Below, piece after piece: positions 26,101 to 35,926 of a DNA stretch of 64,000 nucleotides. Location: the NCBI RefSeq assembly GCF_006345805.1, contig NC_043000.1:21204001-21268000 (forward strand). Direction: 5' to 3'. The notes beneath the pieces were generated by a model. It saw nothing but the letters and a program-made list of their open reading frames with translations, did not search any database and was not told the DNA's origin. Position 1 is the first letter of the stretch; each line of letters opens with the position of its first letter. The position numbers were made by a program, and so were the translations under genes. This stretch comes from Octopus sinensis (lineage: Eukaryota).

Positions 26101-26666
26101 TGGTCCAGGATACATATCGACTACGCTGGACCAGTGAACGATGCGTACCATCTAATCGTTGTGGATAGCTATATGAAGTGGCCAGAGGTATGCAGATGTA
26201 ATAAACCCACAACTAAGACAACAATGAAGTTCCTACTCAGAGTATATAGAAAAACGCTAAATCCAAATACTAATTCAGGAAAGTCACCAGCAGAGTTAAT
26301 GTTCTCGTGTAAAATAAAATCGATGTTTGCTAAATTATTGCCAAGAACGAAATACATACAAAGGAAAGACAAAAATACATTTGAAGGAAATACAAGAAAT
26401 ATTACAAAACAGGTAAAGAAGGTTGGGAGGATGGCTGTGTAATCAAAAGATTAGGTAACATGATACATTTAATTAAACGACAACGTTCGAAACATAAGAG
26501 ACACTTTAACCAGATAAAAATGAGACATACAGAAGAACGAAGGGTAATACCAATGGAAGTCTTCTATGATATGTTTGAAGTGCCAGTACTGAGAGATATT
26601 GAACTCTGTAGAACTAACTTCAGAAAAAGAAAACAGACTGAATATCTGGAAGTAATACCTAAATGA
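23160..26666 (+). pseudogene. gag-pol (aspartic protease LDTGS, RT, RNase H, integrase), with many frameshifts and stops
   Basis: LDTGSDISI at 24017; DAYLHI..VNTHRGL; KYLGQII; DASKYGIGAIL; EKEALSII; PWSRIHIDYAGP..VVDSYMKWPEV. Confidence 0.9.
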
Positions 26667-26883
26667 AAAATATATTAAATTTTCAAAAACAAAAGAGTGC
26701 TAATAAGAGTGCTAAGTACAACGAAAAGAAAAAGTGTTGTGTGCAACGAACAATACTACCTTAAAAGTCGGGCAACAATTGAGATACAACAGCTAAAAGT
26801 AAAAAAAGTGCTGGAAAGAAAAAAATAAGAAGAATAAAAGAAATTCCACTTTCTCGCAGGAGTCAAAATCTCAAAAGGAGTGA

Positions 26884-27145
26884 TGTTGTAATGAGAGTTA
26901 CAACGCCCCCTTGTGAGAGATATCCTGGTCCGAGTAAAGTATAAATAGTAACAATCCGAGTGAGGTCAAGGTTCAGAGTTCAGAGTCGAGTGAAGTTTGT
27001 GTTAGGTCGCAGTGAAGTCGGAAAGTGTCGATTGGTTAGTTCACAAGAAATATTGATTGTTGGTTCGTAAAGAGATTGTTTAGCTCGTTACACTGTTTCT
27101 AATGTCTGATTATCTTTATTCTATGTAACAAATTACGTTACAACA
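26884..27145 (+). repeat. 3' LTR (262 bp)
   Basis: About 84% identical to the 5' LTR by manual count. Confidence 0.95.
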
Positions 27146-28229
27146 CAGTCTTTGCAAGAAAACAGTTAACCATATATCATTAATAAAAATACAAACAAAA
27201 TTCAATTCTTTATTGAAACAGATATCATAACTATATTTATTTGTGTTTCAATATCGGGTTTTATCGCTTATTCAAAATTTAAGAGCTTGTTTCAATTGTT
27301 CCCATATTGTTACAACGTATGCATGATGTATATTTTAGAGTTATTGAAGATCCAGTGATTAATCTGGTTCAGATTTTTTAAAATTAATTTTCGACAAACG
27401 GGAAAGAGTATTATGTTTAGAGTGATCAGAGATCCAGCTGTTGATCTGGTTCAGGTTTTTTATTAATTTACAACAAGCGACAAAGAGGATTATGTTGTGT
27501 ACATAAGGTTAAACATCTATACAACAGGTATAAATAAAGATGATAAAATAAGAGTAAAAAAAGTCATGGATAAGGCATATCAGAAATGTGTGATATATGG
27601 GATATAAATTAGGAAATATAGATATACGTTAACATAGTAAATCGAATTATCCAATACAATCGAATAATATATATTATAGTGACATAATGCGTTACCAACA
27701 TGATAAAATTATGATACCAATAGTAGTAAAACAAAGGAAGTATTCCAAAATATAATTAAATATTGTACAGCAACAGTGAAATATATATAACCAGACTAAT
27801 AATCTCTATAAAACAATATATTAATTAATGTTATAATCAATAACACTTATACGAGGTAAACATAAAGGCGGAGGTGGGGAGACAGTACAAATATTAGTAA
27901 CAGAATATATAGTCTGTCGACAAAATATAAGGTTGGTAGCAGGAAAAAATAAAGAGACCTGGCCGCCCTGGTGAAACTACGATCAAAGCGTTTATCAAAT
28001 ACACCATTAAGTATGGAATAGTAACATGACTAAGTTTCTTGGCATCAGCTTCTTCCCTTGACCAGTAGGGTCAAAAAGTCGATTTTGAACTAGTTTTAGA
28101 ACAACATCCAACACAGTTAAACAAAAGAACTAATAGCTTACCAGTCAGTCGGAATACAGTCTCCTGTCGAGAGAAGTGAAAAAATGGTTGTCAATATATC
28201 CAGAAGTGGCCATTGTTTCATAACATCAT

Positions 28230-28611
28230 AATCTTTTCTACTCTAGGCACAAGGCCCGAAATTTTGGGGGAGCGGGGGGCAGTCGATTAGATCGGCCCAA
28301 GTACGCAACTGGTACTTAATTTATCGACCCCGAAAGGATGAAAGGCAAGTCGACCTCGGCGGAATTTGAACTCAGAAGACAGACGAAATACCTGTTTCTT
28401 TACTACCCACAAGGGCCTAAACATAGAGGGGACAAACAAGGACAGACAAACGGATTAAGTCGATTACATCGACCCCAGTGCGTAACTGGTACTTAATTTA
28501 TCGACCCCGAAAGGATGAAAGGCAAAGTCGACCCCAACGGAATTTGAACTCAGAACGTAGCGGCAGACGAAATACTGCTAAGCATTTCGCCCAGCGCGCT
28601 AACGTTTCTGC
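28230..28611 (-). mobile_element. Dimeric SINE family C (head+core+tail1 fused to truncated core+tail2)
   Basis: Two GAAAGGATGAAAGGCAA cores; junction GAAATACCT(G/A)TTTCTTTACTACCCAC shared with 33801-34187. Confidence 0.85.
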
Positions 28612-29153
28612 AAATATGGACAATAACAATTAGGCGAAACGTAAAGTAACCGAAAAAATAAGAACTTATAAACTGACTGCACTATGGTTAAAAATGATTA
28701 TTTTTAATAATCATTAGGTTAATATATAGATCCACGCCCAGGTGGCAAAAATGGAAAAAAAATATGTGTAACAGGTGTAAGGCATCGTATATTGAAGGAA
28801 TATGACGAAAAAAAAGCGCGCTGAGAAGCGGGGTGGGGTGGGGAGGGGGCTCGGAAAATACCCGCGATCAACCGTAGAGGATCCGCGCCCAAGTATATTC
28901 TCTGTTTTTTTTATACTATTAATTATTTTTCCTATATCGGAAGGAATGAAATCTCCATAGAGACAACTAGACTTTCAGAAATGAAAAGTACTTAAATGGT
29001 AAGACAAACTAACCAAGAACATTAGTAAATAAATACGCGAATAACATCCAGAATCATCAATGAATAATACGCAAAACTGGTGTCCGCTTGGATAAAATAT
29101 CCCTACAAAAGAAAATGGCTTCTTTACGAGGTAAAAGTATTTTTCTGAATAAC

Positions 29154-29220
<67 letters not shown>

Positions 29221-29351
29221 GTTTATTTATATATTTATTTATTTATTTATTTGTATATATATAAAATCAAGGATAAAAATATTTACAAGATTTTATCAAG
29301 TAGCCAGCATGTAATAAAACCGTATAGTTAACAACTAAGACAAATATAAAT

Positions 29352-29447
<96 letters not shown>

Positions 29448-29523
29448 TATATATATACCGGAGTAAACACATAAATGTGAAACAAGGTGGAAAAAAGAGT
29501 ACTCAAATACCAGTGGTAGAGTA

Positions 29524-29693
29524 ATATGCTTTATTTTAAGCAGCAGAAAATTCAACAAAATCTGTTACTCTGAGTTTCTCGTTGCCGTTCATCAGAAAGT
29601 TTTTGCTATTATTCTAGCAAAAACTGTCTGATGAACGGCAACGAGAAACTCAGAGTAACAGATTTTGTTGAATTTTCTGCTGCTTAAAATAAA

Positions 29694-29699
<6 letters not shown>
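29524..29699. repeat. Fold-back palindrome (about 85-bp arms, 6-nt loop) with an HHR in each arm
   Basis: Apex GCTA-TTATTC-TAGC at 29605-29618. Confidence 0.95.
29618..29667 (+). ncRNA. Type I hammerhead motif, canonical core
   Basis: CAAAAACTGT-CTGATGA-A-CG(GCAA)CG-A-GAAA-CTCAGAG-TA-ACAGATTTTG; stem I 9/10 bp; A.A mismatch at the base of stem II; mirror copy at 29556-29605 (-). Confidence 0.6.
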
Positions 29700-29749
<50 letters not shown>

Positions 29750-29752
<3 letters not shown>

Positions 29753-30698
29753 AATGAGATAGGGGTTGTAAATTCAACCCTCCATGGGATAACATATATC
29801 CAATATACTGCTAGAGAAGTACCCAACAAAGCTAATACATAATTGTTAAAAATTGCGATGCAATTAATTCATTTATTGTATTAGGTGGGCAAAGGTAAAA
29901 TTATTTTTACCGTAAATTAATAATACAAAATGAGAAAATGGAGAAATATATCTAAATCAATCATCAACTATCAGATAATACCGAATCATATACTTTATTA
30001 AAACACTACACAATAGCAATGAGATTAGACATTAATACAGTACAATAATTACAATCAATATGGTGAGATATAACTAAATAAATATTACAAGATATAAAAA
30101 TACATTTACATTATAACTGACAGCTGTTTCAGCCATGAAGATAGGTATGTCTCATTTAACCTATTAGCCATATCATGCAGGTATAAATGAGACATTAACA
30201 AGAATATCTTACAGCCTCTTCGGAGATTCTAATGCAAGTATGAGTACAAACCCTAAAATAATTTACATATAAATATAAATATGAGTGCATACATACTCAT
30301 ATTCTTACATATATATACATATACACAATAATACAATATAAACAATATAAATCAATATACATCAACAAACACAATAATGTTCCATATTGAACACCACAGC
30401 TCCTCAACCAACATCAAGAAACCACAACAGACACACTCACACTCAATGTAGGCATATATATTAAACAGTTCAATATATTAAAATGTGTCACTTCACAAAA
30501 AGCCAATAAAGTTAATACCACCACCATAGTACCATCCAAGGCAAGTGGATAGTTATATCTCACCATATTGATTGTAATTATTGTACTGTATTAATGTCTA
30601 ATCTCATTGCTATTGTGTAGTGTTTTAATAAAGTATATGATTCGGTATTATCTGATAGTTGATGATTGATTTAGATATATTTCTCCATTTTCTCATTT

Positions 30699-30703
<5 letters not shown>
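29750..30703. mobile_element. PLE-type non-autonomous element with a 154-bp inverted repeat (29923-30076 / 30550-30703)
   Basis: Arms appear identical; HHR half-motif GGCTGAAACAGCTGTC on the minus strand at ~30118-30134; (AT)n flanks. Confidence 0.7.
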
Positions 30704-30784
<81 letters not shown>

Positions 30785-30811
30785 TGTATGTATGTAGTAT
30801 GTATGCATATA

Positions 30812-31170
30812 GACGCAGGAGTGGCTGTGTGGTAAGTAGCTTGCTTACCAACCACATGGTTCCGGGTTCAGTCCCACTGCGTGATACTTTGGGCAAGTGT
30901 TTTCTACTATAGCCTCGGGCCGACCAAAGCCTTGTGAGTGGATTTAGTAGACGGAAACTGAAAGAAGCCCGTCGTATATATGTATATATATGTATGTGTG
31001 TGTTTGTCTCCCCAAAATCGTTTGACAACTGATGTTGGTGTGTTTACATCCCCGTAACTTAGCAGTTCGACAAAAACGACCGATAGAATAAGTCCTGGGG
31101 TTGATTTGCTCGACTAAAGTCGGTGCTTCAGCATGGCCGCAGTCAAATGACTGAAACAAGTAAAAGAGTA
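30812..31170 (+). mobile_element. SINE family A with a small internal deletion
   Basis: GACGCAGGAGTGGCTGTGTGG..CAAGTAAAAGAGTA. Confidence 0.9.
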
Positions 31171-32104
31171 CAGTTCTCCCTCGACTTACTCGCTACTTGG
31201 TTTGCACTTTTCTGTGGAAACGTTACATGTACAGAATCAATACCTCATCGTTTCCATCCCACTTTCTCATCTTTTCATTTTACTTTCGCCTGCTGTGATA
31301 GCGACGTAGATGCACTCTAAACTAACACTTAAGTTAGAATTATTCAGTTAAATATTTTTTGAAGTTGTTGAAATGGAACTTCAAACGTCAATAAAGTCAA
31401 TTTTTAGAAATGGTAATTGATGTATTAAATCAACTTCAAAACCGGAAGTATTGATTGTCAGCGACAGTGAAACGGTTCGTTTTAGAATTTTAACAACCGA
31501 AGAAAAAAAGTCTGAATCAGATTAATCACTGGATCTTCAATAACTCTAAAATATTCATCATACATACGTAGTAACAATATGGAAACAATTGAAACAAGTT
31601 GTTAAATTTTGAACAGAAGATAAACCTCGATATTGAAACACAAATAAATGTAGTTATGATATCTGTTTCAATAAAGAATTAAATTTTATTTGTATTTTTA
31701 TTGACGATACCAGTAGAGACGACTTCCTTTGTTTTACACTATTTTCTATTTACACTGTCTCTAGGAACCTATCAAGTACATGTGTGTGCATGTGTGCGTG
31801 TGTGTGTGCACGTGCGCGTTCGTGTGTGCCTATACTATGCGTTTAATAAATGCTTCTAGTTACAATCCGTCCTCCGTAATATTATTTTTAAATATACCCT
31901 ACGTGCACCTCGGAATTCCGGACGCAGATCCAACGACTAACGCAGAGTATCGCTGATGACACCTGGTAGCCATAGGTAGTAAATATTTTCTGTAGGCACA
32001 CTACGTTGGACTTATCCTGAAACATTCTAAACCTGTGTATATATACATATATGTATGTATGTATGTATGTCAAAGGAAATCAAGGGTCCTTCGTGAGACA
32101 TAGA

Positions 32105-32275
32105 CTCATAAGGACAGTTTGCTCGAATTTGTGGCGTATTTCCCAACTGGGTGGAGTAGAGCAACGTGGAATGAAATGCATTGCTCAAGAACACGACATA
32201 TTGCTCGATCCAGGACTCGAAACCGCAATCTTACTATCACGAGTGTAACACCTAAACCACTATGTCACGCGCCTC
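32105..32275 (-). mobile_element. SINE family E (tRNA-like head, GTTCTTGAGCAA CORE-like motif); second copy at 62375-62580
   Basis: GAGGCGCGTGACATAGTGGTTTAGG..GGTTTCGAGTCC; CACGTTGCTC(T/C)A(C/G)TCCAC(C/T)CAG shared by both copies. Confidence 0.7.
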
Positions 32276-32474
32276 ACACACACACACACACGCACGCACA
32301 CACACACACAACTTACATATATATATTATATACATATACAATTACATAAGTGAGTGTGCATACATGTATATACATATATACAGACATACATACACATATA
32401 TATAGACACATATATGCATATATTTGTTTTGTGTGTGTGTTTATATGTATGTGCGTGTAAGACAGAGAGAGATA

Positions 32475-32507
<33 letters not shown>

Positions 32508-32649
32508 GGGAAGCCTTATTGATATTCTTCCAATAAAGTAAGGATGAATCTCATAAAATAATTAGAATTTTAAAAAGTCTCATTGTTAATCTTGCTAGGC
32601 AGACATATTGTCGTCTTCCTAATTCTTCATGTATTGCGCGTACGTTATG

Positions 32650-33050
32650 TAAATATATATGTGTGTGTGTGTGTATGTGTGTGTATATGTGTATGTGTGT
32701 GTGTGTATGTGTGTGTGTATGCATATGTATATATATATGTATATATATATATGTATATATATATATATGTATATATATATATGTATATATCTATATTTAT
32801 ATATATATATATATGTATGTATATATATATATATGTATATATATGTGTATGCATATATATGTATATATATGTATATGCATATATATGTAATATATGTGTA
32901 TATGTATATAATATATATATGTATATATATTATATATGTGTGTGTATATGTATATACACATGCACACATATATACATATGTACATATATTATATATATAT
33001 TATATATATATATATATATTATATATTATATATATATATGCGCGCGTGTG
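32650..33050 (+). repeat. Compound (TG)n/(TA)n/(TATG)n microsatellite
   Basis: Direct inspection; accounts for the overlapping low-complexity ORFs. Confidence 0.95.
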
Positions 33051-33369
33051 CGAGCGCAATGTATGTAAGCATTGTGTACATGTGCGCGCGTGTGTGCATT
33101 TGTGTATGTGTACGTATTTATCTGTATGTACATATATGGGACTGTAAGTATGATTATGTATATATTTCTGTGTCTATATGTGATCGTCTTTATCCGTTTA
33201 GAGCAGCTACGTAATAATAATTCTATGTATGTATTCTACTCGATTGGAGTTTTACAGTTTTATTGTTTTCTGGCCAGCTGCTCGATGGTAAGTTTGTAAA
33301 GAAAAGTGTCTCGGTTCCTACGCCATGCTTTGTGCGGCAATTTAATCTACAAATTTTTATATCTTATAA

Positions 33370-33408
<39 letters not shown>

Positions 33409-33800
33409 GTCCCATCCCAGACATCGTTCTTATTAACTGCGTATGAATTATGCAGTTACATTCTTTCCAAAAAAAATCCAAGTTTAGCCGTACTTTCATC
33501 CACGTGGATGTCAATACAACTTATCGCTTCAATAATAATTGGTATAAAAATAAAAGCGTATTTTAAGCATTGTATTTTCAAACTCTTCAGCGATGGTCCA
33601 TAAATATGTTCTGTCTCGATGAAACAACTAGATCGTCCATGAGCCATTCTAGCCCTTTAATGACATCGAAACCTGTCGAATTCGCTTTATATTTATTTCA
33701 TGAGGTAACGAAAATTTCGCCGCACAACTTCGACCGGGATGATTGACAATCCGTCTGGTGTTTTAATAAGTAACATTAGTGCTAATGATGTATAAAAGGT

Positions 33801-34187
33801 ATTATTCTTTTCTACTCCAGGCACAAGGCCCGAAATTTTGGGGGAGGGGCCCAGTTGATTAGATCGCCCTCACCCCCAGTAGGCAACTGGTACTTAATTT
33901 ATCGACCTCGAAAGGATGAAAGGCAAAGTCGACCTCGGCGGGATTTGAACTCAGAACGTAAAGATAGACGAAATACCTATTTCTTTACTACCCACAAGGG
34001 GCTAAACACAGAGAGGACAAACACGGACAGACAAACGGATTAAGTCGATTATATCGACCCCTGTGCGTAACTGGTACTTATTTAATCAACCCCGAAAGGA
34101 TGAAAGGCAAAGTCGACCTCGGCGGAATTTGAACTCACGACGAAATACCACTAAGCATTTCGCCCGGCATGCTAACGTTTCTGCCAG
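33801..34187 (-). mobile_element. Dimeric SINE family C, second copy
   Basis: Same architecture and junction as 28230-28611. Confidence 0.85.
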
Positions 34188-34909
34188 ACGGAATGCTTAT
34201 CAAATAATGTTAATTTTATATAAGGCGAGTGTTTTTTAACCTTTTTTTTTGTCTCGTCTCACACTCCACTTCAATCCTCTTCCCTCCAAACAACATGTGC
34301 TCTACCTAACGGACAAAGTTAGTATATAACATATTTCTCATTTCACTTCACTGTATTCCTGTCATTTTTTCTCGCCCCTCCTTAATTTTTCTGTCCCTCT
34401 GGCTCTACCTCCCTCTCTTCTCTCCCCACATGACCGGTGTTCAGCCAAGCCTGATCTTTCTTTCTTGGTTCGGCCGTCGTCCGTGCAACATCTATATTCC
34501 TCCCTGTGCCTGTGAAATCTTGTATCCCTGCCATAAGGCTTCATTTCCACACATGCCAGCTTAATTTAATTCGTCCTTAGTCGAAAGACACCTGTTGTTA
34601 CGTCCTGTTATTTGTATTTGTGTAACATTCTCCGTTTTATCCCGTCCTTGCTTTCGTATACATTCGCTGCTTTCTTCCAAGGAATCTAATTCTCTTAGCT
34701 TAGTTTTTCCTTGGGGATGGCCAGATTGGAGCAATCTCGAGTATAACCAGCCGAAATTGAAACGATAATCTGGAACTCGATTGAGGAAAGAAAACTCCGA
34801 ACAACCCGTTCTTGTTTTCTTTGTATCGTCTATCTGGATGTTTTGTTGTCCCTTTTTTTGTATCACTTAACTGTCTAGATGTTTTGCGTTCTTGTCCCAT
34901 TTTGCATCT

Positions 34910-34961
<52 letters not shown>

Positions 34962-35024
34962 TTGTAAAAAACGAAGTTCGAAAATGCTGCTGTATTATAC
35001 AATTTTTAATTTTTATATATACAT

Positions 35025-35072
35025 TATAACATGTTTCAGTTCCTGAAATGAACCTTATCAAAAAAGGTTATA
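35025..35072 (-). ncRNA. Degenerate hammerhead-like motif (U3-A8) at the PLE 3' end
   Basis: TTGATAA-GGTTC(ATTTCAG)GAACT-GAAA-CATG-TT; good stem II, no canonical stem I. Confidence 0.35.
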
Positions 35073-35424
35073 TATAAAAAAAGACAGCTCATGCCGTCAA
35101 ACACAAGAAATTCATTTATAATACACAACGGAGTCAGACATCTTAGAGTTCATGTATAGTTGATATATAGTTCATGTATAGTTGATATATAGTTTGAAGT
35201 ATATGTTCAAAGTGTTCGATGCAGTGGCCCACGGTGGCGATACGTATTCAATACAAAAAACAGATCAAAGTGGTGGAAAGCGGTCAATACAGAAGATTGA
35301 TGTTTCCGAAAGAGCGAGGAATTCATTTTTACCTTAAGCAATTGTGATGACCCATGGTGGATGTTCGCTGGGTGGTTCTAGTGGGTTTTGTGAAGTGCCT
35401 GTTAGGTGGTCAATCCAGCGTATC

Positions 35425-35765
35425 GTGACGTCATCAACGTTTTGACCAATCGTTTCGTTAGGTGGCTTTAGTCAAGCAGAACGGGACGTCATCATTATTT
35501 TGACCAATCGCTGCATTATAACTGCCTCTTGTTTGTTTCCTGTTTTGACCAGTCGCTTCGTTAGTCAAGCAGAACGGGACGTCATCCAGATTCTGCCCAA
35601 TCACGACTTATAGCTACATTAGATCTGCCCCCTGTCTGTACTTGTTAGGTGACTAGTCAAGCAGAAAAGGACGTCATCAATATTCTGACTAATGACTGTC
35701 CCCTGTTTGTATCCTGTCCATTCTAGCAGAGCTAGACGTCATCAACTTGTTGACCAATCAGAATC
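35425..35765. promoter_or_regulatory. Five-unit array of GACGTCATC-N7-TGACCAATC (CRE-like + CCAAT-like) in the PLE 3' region
   Basis: Modules at ~35427, 35485, 35578, 35670 and 35736; a regulatory role is inferred only. Confidence 0.45.
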
Positions 35766-35926
35766 GGGTCTGACCCTTAGCTGTATCGTATGTATCAGGG
35801 TCAGATTTGCACGAAAGAATTTTTTTCCTTTTTTACTAAGGCATATTTCCGTCAGAGCGAGTGTCTGTTTAAAGTAGCGGCCGTGGTGAATTTTGCTTCT
35901 CCTTTTCGGAGGACTTATCTTTTGTT

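Larger units (their letters stand above)
22674..27145 (+). mobile_element. Ty3/gypsy LTR retrotransposon, full-length structure, decayed
   Basis: TG..CA LTRs at 22674-22942 and 26884-27145; 5-bp TSD CAGTC (22669-22673, 27146-27150); PBS TGGCGACGA at 22945; PPT AAAAGGAGTGA at 26873; domain order PR-RT-RH-IN. Confidence 0.95.

Noticed and set aside
31953-31995. CTGATGA-CACCT..AGGTA-GTAAA
   Set aside because: GAAA is interrupted and stem I is not adjacent; insufficient support
35425-35765. CRISPR-like repeat-spacer appearance
   Set aside because: Eukaryotic context, degenerate repeats, related and variable-length spacers, no cas genes
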